Of a stretch of 64,000 nucleotides of DNA, positions 20,280-29,800 are shown piece by piece. Below the pieces are notes generated by a model. The model was not told the DNA's origin, made no database searches, and saw only the letters and a list, made by a program, of their open reading frames with translations. The stretch lies in IMG/VR virus record IMGVR_UViG_3300026116_000035; one strand, written 5' to 3'. The position numbers were made by a program, and so were the translations under genes. How positions within the stretch are numbered: the first letter of the stretch is position 1; each line of letters starts with the position of its first letter. Source of the DNA: a virus. Lineage: Duplodnaviria > Caudoviricetes.

Positions 20280-21284
20280 ATGAAGAATGTTGAAGAAAAT
20301 AAAGTTTGTAGTATTACTGGAATAAACGGCCAAACTGGTAGTTTTTTAGCTGAATTATTACTAGAAAAAGGATATAAAGTTTATGGCATGGTTAGAAAAA
20401 GCTCTGTCTTTAACACGGAAAGAATTGAAAATATTTATAATCATCCAAATTTAAAACTTATTTATGGCGATTTGGCTGACACATTAAGTGTTGTAGATTT
20501 TATTACTCAAACTAGGCCTGATTATTTTTTTAATTTAGGTGGATTATCACATGTTAGAACCAGTATAGATATGCCTTTATCAGCTATTGATGTTGATGGT
20601 CTAGGTGTTGTTAGATGCTTAGAAGGGATTAGAAAATATAGTTCTCATACACGATTTTTACAAGCATCAACTTCAGAATTATTTGGTAATTCTCCTGCAC
20701 CACAAAATGAACTTACCCCTATGGTTCCATGTAGCCCTTATTCAATAGGAAAATTGACTGGATATAGTGCTGTTAATTATTATAAACTCGCATATGGAAT
20801 GTTTGCTGTAAATGCAATTAGTTTTAATCATGAATCATATCGCAGAAATCCAACATTTGTAACAAGAAAAATTACAAAAACATTATCAGAAATAAAACTC
20901 GGATTAAAAACTGAATTAAATTTAGGAAATTTAGTCTCAAAACGCGATTTTTCTCATGCTTCGGACGTTGCTGAAGCTATGTATTTAATGATTACTGCAG
21001 AAAATCCGGAAAATTATGTAATATCGAGTGGAGAAACTTATTCAATTGAACAATTTTTAGATTTAGTAGCTGCAAAATTAGAATTAAATTGGAAAGATTA
21101 TGTTAAATTTGATAAACGATTGTTGAGACCTGTAGAAGTTAATTGTCTTTTAGGAGATAGTACTAAAATTCGTACAGAACTTTCATGGAAGCCAAAATAT
21201 AATATTAATTCATTAGTGGATGAAATGGTTGAATATGATTTAAAATTGGCTAGACGGCAATTATTATTAAAAAATAATGAATAA
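20280..21284 (+). CDS. gmd: GDP-mannose 4,6-dehydratase
   Basis: ITGINGQTGSFLAELLLEKGY, LSHV, QASTSELFG, PCSPY, FNHES, FVTRKI, GNL...RDF, LLGDSTK. Confidence 0.93.
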   Translation: MKNVEENKVCSITGINGQTGSFLAELLLEKGYKVYGMVRKSSVFNTERIENIYNHPNLKLIYGDLADTLSVVDFITQTRPDYFFNLGGLSHVRTSIDMPLSAIDVDGLGVVRCLEGIRKYSSHTRFLQASTSELFGNSPAPQNELTPMVPCSPYSIGKLTGYSAVNYYKLAYGMFAVNAISFNHESYRRNPTFVTRKITKTLSEIKLGLKTELNLGNLVSKRDFSHASDVAEAMYLMITAENPENYVISSGETYSIEQFLDLVAAKLELNWKDYVKFDKRLLRPVEVNCLLGDSTKIRTELSWKPKYNINSLVDEMVEYDLKLARRQLLLKNNE

Positions 21285-21293
21285 AAGGAATAA

Positions 21294-22250
21294 ATGAGAG
21301 TTTTAATTACCGGTTCCAATGGCATGCTTGGAAGAAATTTAATATCTAAATTATTACAATCAAGTTCCAGTCATACATTTTTAACTCCATCTTCTAGTGA
21401 ATTAGATTTAAGTAATTCTGGTCATACTTGGGATTATTTTTACAAATTTAAACCTGAAATAATAATTCATTTAGCCGCCTTTGTTGGAGGAATTGGATTA
21501 AATAAAAAACAACCAGCCGATTTAACTCATTTAAATTTAAAAATGACTGTTAATTTATTTGACGCCATACGAGAACATAAGACAAAATATTTCTATGGCA
21601 TGGGTTCAGTTTGCTCTTATCCTAAATTTCTACCCCACGGTTTAAATAAATTTTCAGAAGAAGATATGTGGGGTAAACGTAGCGAATTTACCAATTTCGG
21701 ATATGGCGAAAATAAGAAAATGATGATCGTTGAATTCGAAACCCATAAAAGACAATATGGTTTAAAAGGTGCTAATTTAGTTTTATGTAATATGTATGGA
21801 CCTCACGATCATTTTTTTGATCTAGAAAATTCCCATGTTATACCCGCCTTAATAAGAAAATTTTATGAAGCTAAATTAAATAATTTACCACAAGTTGAAT
21901 GTTGGGGAACAGGTAAGGCAACTAGAAGTTTCCTTTATGTTGAAGATGCTTGTGATGCTATTTCAAAAGCTTTAAATATGAAATTAGATACAGATGAATA
22001 TATAAACATTGGTCCCGAAGATGATATATCAATATTAGATTTAGCTAATATGATCTCTGAATTAGTTGATTATAAGGGAAATATAGTTTTTTCTGGAGAA
22101 TTAGATGGACAACCAAAACGTTTATTATCTGTAGAAAAGGCTAAATCAATATTAAATTGGAAAACTGAAACTGAATTAAAAATTGGATTAATGAAAACTA
22201 TCGAGTTTTATAAAGAAAATAGATTAAATTATGTAAGTGAATCAAAATGA
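21294..22250 (+). CDS. fcl: GDP-L-fucose synthase (epimerase/reductase)
   Basis: ITGSNGMLG, HLAAFVGGI, YGENK (YxxxK), NMYGPHD, SHVIPALIRK, WGTGKATRSFLYVED. Confidence 0.9.
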   Translation: MRVLITGSNGMLGRNLISKLLQSSSSHTFLTPSSSELDLSNSGHTWDYFYKFKPEIIIHLAAFVGGIGLNKKQPADLTHLNLKMTVNLFDAIREHKTKYFYGMGSVCSYPKFLPHGLNKFSEEDMWGKRSEFTNFGYGENKKMMIVEFETHKRQYGLKGANLVLCNMYGPHDHFFDLENSHVIPALIRKFYEAKLNNLPQVECWGTGKATRSFLYVEDACDAISKALNMKLDTDEYINIGPEDDISILDLANMISELVDYKGNIVFSGELDGQPKRLLSVEKAKSILNWKTETELKIGLMKTIEFYKENRLNYVSESK

Positions 22251-23215
22251 GTAAAATTAATTTATTAGTAACTGGGTCATCTGGATTTATATATGGAAAT
22301 TTTATTCGATATATGCTTAAAAATTCTAATGATTATAAAATTTCCAGTATAGATGATATTAAAGATGTTAAATTAATTAATACCATTTACGCTAATAAAG
22401 GTCATCAATTTTATATGGGTGACATTACAAATCAACATTTTGTAAATAATGTTTTTGAGATTGAACGTCCAGACATAGTAATTCATGGAGCGGCAGAATC
22501 ATTTGTAGATAAATCTTTAATTGCCGGCCAAGAATTTGTAAAATCAAATGTATTAGGAACTCAAATTTTAATTGATGTAGCTTTAAAATATAAAGTTAAA
22601 AAATTTATTTATGCATCAACTGATGAGATATACGGAGCTTTAAATAATGAAAATGAACCTTCTTGGACTGAGGAATCTCCATTAGCTCCACGAAATCCGT
22701 ATTCTGCCACAAAAGCTGCTGGAGAATTATTAGTTAATGCAGCTCATATTACTCATGGATTAAATTATATAATAACTAGAGCTTGTAATAATTATGGTCC
22801 AAGACAGCCAAGAAGAAATTTAATTCCAGTAACAATTGGAAATATATTAGAAGGAAAAGAAGTTCCAATATATGGACAAGGTTCTCAAATTAGAGAATGG
22901 ATATATGTGCAAGATATGTGTTCAGCTATAAAAACAATTATTGAAAATAATACTATTAATGAAATATATAATATATCTTCTGGACAAGAATTTTCAAATA
23001 TAGAAGTTTGTAATGAAATTTGTAATATACTTGGAAAAGGTCATAATTTATTAAAATTTGTAACTGATCCACGAGGAAATGGTCATGATTTTAGATATTC
23101 AGTAATATGCGATAAATTGAAAAAACTCGGATGGAAACCACAATATAATTTTAAAAAAAATGGGCTCGAGGCTTGCGTAAATTGGTATGTAACAAACAAT
23201 TGGTTTTTAAAATAA
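22247..23215 (+). CDS. rfbB: dTDP-glucose 4,6-dehydratase
   Basis: VTGSSGFI, HGAAESFVD, STDEIYG, PRNPYSATKA, RACNNYGPRQ, REWIYVQD, GHDFRY. Confidence 0.88.
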   Translation: MSKINLLVTGSSGFIYGNFIRYMLKNSNDYKISSIDDIKDVKLINTIYANKGHQFYMGDITNQHFVNNVFEIERPDIVIHGAAESFVDKSLIAGQEFVKSNVLGTQILIDVALKYKVKKFIYASTDEIYGALNNENEPSWTEESPLAPRNPYSATKAAGELLVNAAHITHGLNYIITRACNNYGPRQPRRNLIPVTIGNILEGKEVPIYGQGSQIREWIYVQDMCSAIKTIIENNTINEIYNISSGQEFSNIEVCNEICNILGKGHNLLKFVTDPRGNGHDFRYSVICDKLKKLGWKPQYNFKKNGLEACVNWYVTNNWFLK

Positions 23216-23275
23216 AGAATTAAAATGCGCAATGTTCGTGGCTCTATATTAAATAGATACTCTAATAAGGATATA

Positions 23276-24661
23276 ATGTCAGTAAAGAATGAAACAATAA
23301 AAATGGAACAAAACGAATTAGTCGATGATATTTCAAACGAAGAAATTAAAAAATCAAACGAAGAAGAAAATTTAAATGATGATGTGATGGCTCAATTAAA
23401 AGCAAAATTGGCAGCCAAAACAGAAAAAGCTGAGGAAAAAGTTATGACACCACGAATAGTAGAAAAGAAAAAGCGCAGTATTGATCTAGGAGTTGTAGCT
23501 TCTGGTCAGGCTGGCGGAAGAATTGCAGAAACTTTTAATACTCTAGGATATCCCGTTGTAGCTGTAAATACTGCCCAACAAGATTTAGAATTTTTAAATA
23601 TTGACGAATCTTGCAAACTCCATCTTCAATGGACTTTAGGTGGTACTGCAAAAGATCAAATTACCTCTAAGGATGCTACTGATAATAATATTGATTCAAT
23701 TCGTCAGATTATTGCAGAAAAATTAGATTCTTCAGTACACGGTTATATTTTTACTACATCTTTGGCTGGTGGTTCTGGTTCAGGTTCTGCCGAATCAATT
23801 ATCCAAATGATGCAGGAATTTGGAAAGCCTATTGTAGTTGTTGCCGTACTACCTCTTTCAAATGATGATGCTATTGGTAAAAATAATACTATTTCAGCTT
23901 TAGCTAAATTAACTTCTATGGCTCAAAATAAACAAATATCTAATTTAATTTTAGTTGATAATAGCCGAATTGAAACCATTTTTGCTGATGTTTCTCAAAT
24001 GGATTTCTTTAATGTTTCAAATTTAGCTATTGTGGATGGTTTAGATTCATTTAATAAATATAGTGCTCAGCCATCAAAAGTAAAGAGTTTTGATCCAATG
24101 GAATGGGCTACTGTACTTTTTTCATCTAATGGCATTTCTACTTATGGTTCTATCGATGTAGATAACGTTCAAGAACCTACAAGAATTGCTGAATCTGTTA
24201 TTGAGAGCTTATCTGGAGGATTATTGGCTAGTGGGTTTGATCTTAAACAAGCTAGTCATGTAGGTGTATTATTTGTTGGAAATGAAGAAACTATGAAATC
24301 AATTCCTAGCGCAAATATTAACTATGCTATGAGTATAATTAAAGAAACTAGTCCAAGTGCTACAGGAGTTTTTCGAGGCTTATATGAGGATGAATCAATT
24401 AAGCCTGGAATATTAAGAGTTTATTCTATTTTTGCTGGATTAGGATTGCCAACTGAACGTATTAATTCTTTACAAAAATCTGCTAAAGAAGAGATGGAAA
24501 AAACTAAGGGTAGAGATCAAAATAGAAATTTAACTCTTAAATTAGAAACTGGAGTTGAAGAAACAGCCTCTGCTGCTGATAAGGTACGTGAATTAATTAA
24601 GAGAAATAGTTCAACGTTTACTAAGAATTTTGTCGGTATTAAAGATTTTCGCAAGAAATGA
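23276..24661 (+). CDS. tubulin/FtsZ-family GTPase (PhuZ/TubZ-like)
   Basis: GVVASGQAGGRIAE, AVNTAQQDL, LGGTAKD, SLAGGSGSGS (GGGTGSG-like T4 loop), LVDN, FDPME (T7-like); start at ATG 23276 behind AAGGA. Confidence 0.85.
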   Translation: MSVKNETIKMEQNELVDDISNEEIKKSNEEENLNDDVMAQLKAKLAAKTEKAEEKVMTPRIVEKKKRSIDLGVVASGQAGGRIAETFNTLGYPVVAVNTAQQDLEFLNIDESCKLHLQWTLGGTAKDQITSKDATDNNIDSIRQIIAEKLDSSVHGYIFTTSLAGGSGSGSAESIIQMMQEFGKPIVVVAVLPLSNDDAIGKNNTISALAKLTSMAQNKQISNLILVDNSRIETIFADVSQMDFFNVSNLAIVDGLDSFNKYSAQPSKVKSFDPMEWATVLFSSNGISTYGSIDVDNVQEPTRIAESVIESLSGGLLASGFDLKQASHVGVLFVGNEETMKSIPSANINYAMSIIKETSPSATGVFRGLYEDESIKPGILRVYSIFAGLGLPTERINSLQKSAKEEMEKTKGRDQNRNLTLKLETGVEETASAADKVRELIKRNSSTFTKNFVGIKDFRKK

Positions 24662-24679
24662 TATATAATATATAAGTTA

Positions 24680-24714
24680 ATAGCCTATATATTTATTATA
24701 AGTATATAGGCTAT
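24680..24714 (+). terminator. hairpin (perfect 12-bp inverted repeat) downstream of the tubulin gene
   Basis: ATAGCCTATATA (24680-24691) / TATATAGGCTAT (24703-24714), followed by an AT/T-rich tract. Confidence 0.6.
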
Positions 24715-24740
24715 ATTTATTTAATGGGTTAAGGAAATGA

Positions 24741-26207
24741 TTGGTTGAAATTATAATAAATGGAACATCTTGTAAATTAATAGATGATTCAATACCTACT
24801 AGAGTTTTGCAGAAATTAGATTTAGAACTATCTTATAAAATCGAAGGCGCTGAATTTAGTGAAGCGTATAAATCTCGTGGATGGGATGGTACGAAACATT
24901 TATTAAGTAAAAAATTAGAATTTCCATACGGTTTATTAGATAGAGTTAAAGATTTTTTAAAAGTATATGATATTGAATATACGATTAAAGATAATCGTGA
25001 TATTTTTAAACCGAGACCAATAGATATTTCAGAACGATTAAAAGAACTTAAAAAAATTCCATATGATTATCAAATAAAAGCCGCAAGTATAGTTTTAGAA
25101 AAAGATTGTGGAATAATTCGTATGGCTACTGGCGCTGGCAAGTCGATTGTATGCTGTATGATGATTGCTAACTTGGGTCGAAATGCTAATGTATATGTTA
25201 TTGGAAAAGATTTATTATATCAATTACATTCATTATTAAAACAAGTATTTGTAAATATTAAAGTTGGCATTATTGGTGATGGATTATGTGAAATTGGTGA
25301 TATAAATGTAATTTCTATTTTTACTGCTGGTATTTGTTGTGGTATTGATAAAAAGAAAATTATTAATGATGATTTTGATGGCGAAAATATTGTGCCAGAA
25401 AATAAACATCAATTTATTAGAGAAGCATTAAAAAAAGCCAAAGTTCATATATTAGATGAATGCCAAGTAGTAACAGCAGAAACAATTAACATTATACATA
25501 AAAATATAAATGCAGCTTATATTTATGGAATGAGCGCTACTCCATATAGAGGAGATAATAGTTCAATTTTAATTTCTGAATCAATTCTTGGCAGAAATAT
25601 AGTAGATATTTCAGCGTCATATTTAATTGAACGTGGTTTTTTGGTACAACCTGTTATTAAATTTATTGATGTTCCAAAATATAAAGGAGTTCTACCTAAA
25701 ACTTATCAACAAATATATACGACATATATAGTTGAAAATAAAGTTAGAAACGATCTAATTATAGAACATGCAAAAGATTTAGTTGCAAAAGGTTATAAAA
25801 CACTTATTTTGTTTGATAAAATTGCTCATGGCGATTTATTATACGATGCATTAAAAGATCAAATACCATGTTCTTTATTATCTGGAAAAGACAGTAACGA
25901 ACAACGTAATATTATAAAAAAAGATATTGAAACGGGTACTATTAAATGTATTATTGTTTCACGAATTTTTGAAGTGGGAGTGGATATTCCGTGTATTAAT
26001 GGATTAATTTTAGCTTCGCCTACAAAATCGAAAATTAAAGTTTGTCAAAAAATTGGACGAGTTATTAGAAAGTTCGAGGGGAAAAGTTTTGCGGCCGTTA
26101 TAGATTTCAAAGATTCAGCTAAATATTTTAAATTACATTCTGAAGAACGTAAAAAAATATACGAGCTAGAGCCGAAATTTAAAATACTATGGCCCCAGAA
26201 AAAGTAA
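24741..26207 (+). CDS. superfamily 2 helicase (UvsW/XPB/Rad25-like)
   Basis: PYDYQ, MATGAGKS (Walker A), ILDECQ (Walker B), MSATPYR, EVGVDIP, QKIGRVIR; TTG start. Confidence 0.9.
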   Translation: MVEIIINGTSCKLIDDSIPTRVLQKLDLELSYKIEGAEFSEAYKSRGWDGTKHLLSKKLEFPYGLLDRVKDFLKVYDIEYTIKDNRDIFKPRPIDISERLKELKKIPYDYQIKAASIVLEKDCGIIRMATGAGKSIVCCMMIANLGRNANVYVIGKDLLYQLHSLLKQVFVNIKVGIIGDGLCEIGDINVISIFTAGICCGIDKKKIINDDFDGENIVPENKHQFIREALKKAKVHILDECQVVTAETINIIHKNINAAYIYGMSATPYRGDNSSILISESILGRNIVDISASYLIERGFLVQPVIKFIDVPKYKGVLPKTYQQIYTTYIVENKVRNDLIIEHAKDLVAKGYKTLILFDKIAHGDLLYDALKDQIPCSLLSGKDSNEQRNIIKKDIETGTIKCIIVSRIFEVGVDIPCINGLILASPTKSKIKVCQKIGRVIRKFEGKSFAAVIDFKDSAKYFKLHSEERKKIYELEPKFKILWPQKK

Positions 26208-26806
26208 ATTTTATAATGGAACAAGTCAAACTTTCTAAACCTTGGGAAAATTTCTTTTATAAATTCAAGGATATAGAAGAAGAACCTTTTAAATCCAAAG
26301 TATTCTTATGGAAAGAAGTTCACATATTAGCTTATATATGTAAGCGATTTAAAGAGTTATATAATAAAGACTATGCTATAACGCAAAAAAATGCACCATC
26401 AAAGTGCCCTGATATGTTTTTTGTAAGAAAAATGATTTCGACTTTAGGCACTACAAATATGGTGATTGTTAAAGAATATATTGATTGGATATACGATAAA
26501 AAAATTATTCCAGAAAACAAGAAAATTAGAACATTATCCTATTTTATGACAGCAGGATTTGTAAATGAATTTTATTTCCAAAAATCGGAATCTGAAATAG
26601 TTAAAAGATCTACTTCTCTTCCTAAAAACTATAAAGAAATTGCTAATGCTTTAAATGTTTCAGTAGATACATATGGAGATTTAGCTTTTATAAAAATGGC
26701 CTCAGATAGAGCTAAAGGTGATTTAAATAATCCTAATGTAGTATTTTTTGAAAATATTAAAGCTTTAGGATTTGATATTTCTATTTTGGAGAAATTGGCT
26801 GAATGA
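26189..26806 (+). CDS. hypothetical protein
   Basis: 205-aa ORF overlapping the helicase stop. Confidence 0.6.
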   Translation: MAPEKVNFIMEQVKLSKPWENFFYKFKDIEEEPFKSKVFLWKEVHILAYICKRFKELYNKDYAITQKNAPSKCPDMFFVRKMISTLGTTNMVIVKEYIDWIYDKKIIPENKKIRTLSYFMTAGFVNEFYFQKSESEIVKRSTSLPKNYKEIANALNVSVDTYGDLAFIKMASDRAKGDLNNPNVVFFENIKALGFDISILEKLAE

Positions 26807-27255
26807 AAGTTGGAGATTTTATTAAAATTGTATTATCATCTAACCAAGTTGAAGAGGGAATTATTATTTCAGTAGATGATATTGAAAAAATTGAAATAGC
26901 TCCACAAAAATTCATTTACAGACATTGGTTAGTTTTAGCTCATAAAGATTTTCCTAATTTAAAACTTACTGTTGATAAAAAGGAAATTATAGCTTTTCAA
27001 ATTAGTGAAATTGAATTACAAAAAGCAAAAGAAGTATTTGTTGTAGATGATCAAACTATAAATCAAGAAAATGATTTAGTTTCAATAGATATTAATGACA
27101 AAAATTCACGTATTAAAAGGTTGGCACATTTAGCTATTAAAAATGGAGAAAAGGAGCGTAATTATTTTAAAAAAAATATTAAAAATAATAATGGTATTCC
27201 TCCAAATATAAGCTTATCACCTAAATATAAATTGCCATTTTTCATTAAAAAATAA
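26803..27255 (+). CDS. hypothetical protein
   Basis: 150-aa ORF, ATGA-coupled. Confidence 0.55.
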   Translation: MKVGDFIKIVLSSNQVEEGIIISVDDIEKIEIAPQKFIYRHWLVLAHKDFPNLKLTVDKKEIIAFQISEIELQKAKEVFVVDDQTINQENDLVSIDINDKNSRIKRLAHLAIKNGEKERNYFKKNIKNNNGIPPNISLSPKYKLPFFIKK

Positions 27256-27259
27256 ATTT

Positions 27260-27469
27260 ATGAAATCTTCTTCTAAGAAATTTACTCATAATTTAATTAA
27301 ATATAGTAGATTTGATTTATCATATGATTATATTTGCACAGTTTGTGGAATTGAATTATATAAAGCTATTTTTGATGAAGAATATTTTCTCTTGAATGAA
27401 GGGCATTTATCTACAGATTACTATGAATATAATTGTAATGAGTGGATTATTAAAAATATAGTAGAGTAA
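27260..27469 (+). CDS. H-CxxC-C microprotein, array copy 1
   Basis: FTHNLI..CTVC..CNEWIIKNIVE. Confidence 0.85.
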   Translation: MKSSSKKFTHNLIKYSRFDLSYDYICTVCGIELYKAIFDEEYFLLNEGHLSTDYYEYNCNEWIIKNIVE

Positions 27470-27470
27470 T

Positions 27471-27686
27471 ATGGAAAAAGAAAGTTATTTAACTCATCAA
27501 TTAGTAAGACATATTTTCCCTAATTATAAAGGTTATAATGATTTTAAATGTAATATTTGTGGTATTTATTTATGTAAAATGAATGATATGTATTTTTTAC
27601 TTAATAATGATGGATCAGGTCCGAATAATGAAGATGAATTTTCATTGACTTGCAATCAGTTTATTATTAAAAATATAATAGAATGA
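27471..27686 (+). CDS. H-CxxC-C microprotein, copy 2
   Basis: YLTHQL..CNIC..CNQFIIKNIIE. Confidence 0.85.
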   Translation: MEKESYLTHQLVRHIFPNYKGYNDFKCNICGIYLCKMNDMYFLLNNDGSGPNNEDEFSLTCNQFIIKNIIE

Positions 27687-27898
27687 AGTATTTAACTCAT
27701 AATTTAATTGAATGCAAAGATCAGTATTATGATTATTATGTAGATTTTAAATGTAATATTTGTGGTGTATTATTAGCCAAATCTTTACATAATAAATTTT
27801 ATTTAATTAGAAAAAATCCAAATGATTTTTATGATATTGAATATGATGAATTTTTATTAAATTGTAATGAAGTTATAATTAAAAATATAATAAATTAA
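27683..27898 (+). CDS. H-CxxC-C microprotein, copy 3
   Basis: YLTHNL..CNIC..CNEVIIKNIIN. Confidence 0.85.
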   Translation: MKYLTHNLIECKDQYYDYYVDFKCNICGVLLAKSLHNKFYLIRKNPNDFYDIEYDEFLLNCNEVIIKNIIN

Positions 27899-27899
27899 A

Positions 27900-28106
27900 A
27901 TGATAAAAATAATTAAATATTTAGATCATGAATTAATTAGATCGAATCCTAATTATGATATAAATGATTATCGGTGTATTAATTGTAATATATTACTTTA
28001 TCAGGCAGCTAACGAAAAATATTTTTTTATAGATGAAAATTCTCATAATGTATATAATTTTATTTATACATGTAAAGAATGGATTATTAAAAATATAATT
28101 GAATAA
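27900..28106 (+). CDS. H-CxxC-C microprotein, copy 4
   Basis: YLDHEL..CINC..CKEWIIKNIIE. Confidence 0.85.
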   Translation: MIKIIKYLDHELIRSNPNYDINDYRCINCNILLYQAANEKYFFIDENSHNVYNFIYTCKEWIIKNIIE

Positions 28107-28317
28107 TATGGAAAAATATTTAACTCATCAACTAATTAAACATGCTTTTGAAGGTTATGATTCTTATCAAGATTTTACATGTGAAATTTGTGGAGTTTAT
28201 TTATGTAAAATGGATAGTATATATTTTTTACTTAAAGATGACGGATCAGACACTCTTGATGAAGATGAATTTTTATTAACTTGCAATCAGTTTATTATTA
28301 AAAAGATAATAGAATGA
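28099..28317 (+). CDS. H-CxxC-C microprotein, copy 5
   Basis: YLTHQL..CEIC..CNQFIIKKIIE. Confidence 0.85.
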   Translation: MNNMEKYLTHQLIKHAFEGYDSYQDFTCEICGVYLCKMDSIYFLLKDDGSDTLDEDEFLLTCNQFIIKKIIE

Positions 28318-28508
28318 AATATTTAGATCATGAATTAATTCAAATTGATCCTAATAAAGATATGTACTATTATCGATGTATTAATTGTAATGTAATACTT
28401 TATAAAGCATTTGATAAAAACTATTACATTATAATTGAAAATCCATATATTATATATAAATTTTTATATACATGTAAGGAATGGATTATTAAAAATATAA
28501 TTGAATAA
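28314..28508 (+). CDS. H-CxxC-C microprotein, copy 6
   Basis: YLDHEL..CINC..CKEWIIKNIIE. Confidence 0.85.
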   Translation: MKYLDHELIQIDPNKDMYYYRCINCNVILYKAFDKNYYIIIENPYIIYKFLYTCKEWIIKNIIE

Positions 28509-28518
28509 TATATAAATA

Positions 28519-28579
28519 TATTTATCTCATATTGATTAGAACAAAAACATATGATGATTTTATATGCACAAAATTTTAA
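28519..28579 (+). pseudogene. frameshifted, truncated remnant of a 15th array copy
   Basis: TAT TTA TCT CAT [A] TTG ATT AGA ACA AAA ACA TAT GAT GAT TTT ATA TGC ACA AAA TTT TAA = YLSH/LIRTKTYDDFICTKF*, matching YLTHELIKTK..DFICTIC of copy 8; no ATG. Confidence 0.7.
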
Positions 28580-28778
28580 AATTAAATATTTAAATCATGA
28601 TTTAATTAAAATTAATAATTTAAATATATGTTTTAAATGTACTGTTTGTAATGTTATTTTATATTCTGTATATAGTAAGCCAGCTGGTAAACTTATATTT
28701 TATGAACCATTACCAGGCCCCCTTTCTGAATTTAAATATAATTGTAATGAATATATTATTAAAAATATAATAGAATAA
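28551..28778 (+). CDS. H-CxxC-C microprotein, copy 7 (N-terminus borrowed from the remnant)
   Basis: KYLNHDL..CTVC..CNEYIIKNIIE. Confidence 0.8.
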   Translation: MMILYAQNFKIKYLNHDLIKINNLNICFKCTVCNVILYSVYSKPAGKLIFYEPLPGPLSEFKYNCNEYIIKNIIE

Positions 28779-28779
28779 T

Positions 28780-28989
28780 ATGAAATATTTAACTCATGAA
28801 TTAATAAAAACTAAAATGTATGGTGATAATTTCAATAATGATTTTATATGCACTATATGCGGAGTATTATTATATAAAGAAAATATAAATAATCGTTTTT
28901 TTGAAATTAAATCAAAAAATCATTTAAATGAATATAAAATTTTTCAATTAACTTGTGATGAAGTCATTATACAAAAAATAATAGAATGA
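28780..28989 (+). CDS. H-CxxC-C microprotein, copy 8
   Basis: YLTHEL..CTIC..CDEVIIQKIIE. Confidence 0.85.
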   Translation: MKYLTHELIKTKMYGDNFNNDFICTICGVLLYKENINNRFFEIKSKNHLNEYKIFQLTCDEVIIQKIIE

Positions 28990-29183
28990 TAAAATATTTA
29001 GATCATCAATTAATTCAAATTGTCCCAATAGAAGATATAAACGATTTTAAATGTATAAATTGTGGTATTATACTTTATCAATCATCTAATAAAAATTATT
29101 ACTTTATCGATGATAAACAACGTAAATATTATAAATTTTTATATACATGTAGTGAATGGATTATTAAAAATATAATTGAATAA
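28986..29183 (+). CDS. H-CxxC-C microprotein, copy 9
   Basis: YLDHQL..CINC..CSEWIIKNIIE. Confidence 0.85.
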   Translation: MIKYLDHQLIQIVPIEDINDFKCINCGIILYQSSNKNYYFIDDKQRKYYKFLYTCSEWIIKNIIE

Positions 29184-29391
29184 AATGCAAAAGTATTTAA
29201 CTCACGAATTAATTCGAACATATATATGTGGTAAAACTTATTATAATGATTTTATATGTTTAAAATGTAACGTCTTATTATATGCGCAAAATCAACAATA
29301 TTATAAAATTACATCGTGTGATTCTTATGATAACTCTCAAATTTTCACATTAACTTGTGATGAAGTCATTATACAAAAAATAATAGAATGA
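29176..29391 (+). CDS. H-CxxC-C microprotein, copy 10
   Basis: YLTHEL..CLKC..CDEVIIQKIIE. Confidence 0.85.
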   Translation: MNKMQKYLTHELIRTYICGKTYYNDFICLKCNVLLYAQNQQYYKITSCDSYDNSQIFTLTCDEVIIQKIIE

Positions 29392-29591
29392 TACAATATT
29401 TAACTCATAAATTAAAGCCATATGGAAAGTTTGGACACCATTTTGACTTTAAATGTGAAATTTGTAATGTATGTTTATTTCAATCTTCTAATACCTATTT
29501 TTATTTAATAAATAATGACGGATCAACCTTTGATGTTAAAAACTTTCTATTAACTTGTAATGAATGGATTATTAAAAATATAATAGATTGA
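29388..29591 (+). CDS. H-CxxC-C microprotein, copy 11
   Basis: YLTHKL..CEIC..CNEWIIKNIID. Confidence 0.85.
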   Translation: MIQYLTHKLKPYGKFGHHFDFKCEICNVCLFQSSNTYFYLINNDGSTFDVKNFLLTCNEWIIKNIID

Positions 29592-29800
29592 AAATGTTAA
29601 AAATAATTAAATATTTAACTCATGAATTAAAAGAAATTAAAAATTATGGTAGCTTTTATGATTTTAAATGTACTATTTGTAATGTATGTTTATTTCAGTC
29701 TTCTACTGGTACTTATTATTTAATTGAAAATAATAAAACTGATGATGAATTTTTTTTATTAACCTGTGATGAAGTGATTATCAAAAATATAATAGAATGA
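29588..29800 (+). CDS. H-CxxC-C microprotein, copy 12
   Basis: YLTHEL..CTIC..CDEVIIKNIIE. Confidence 0.85.
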   Translation: MKMLKIIKYLTHELKEIKNYGSFYDFKCTICNVCLFQSSTGTYYLIENNKTDDEFFLLTCDEVIIKNIIE

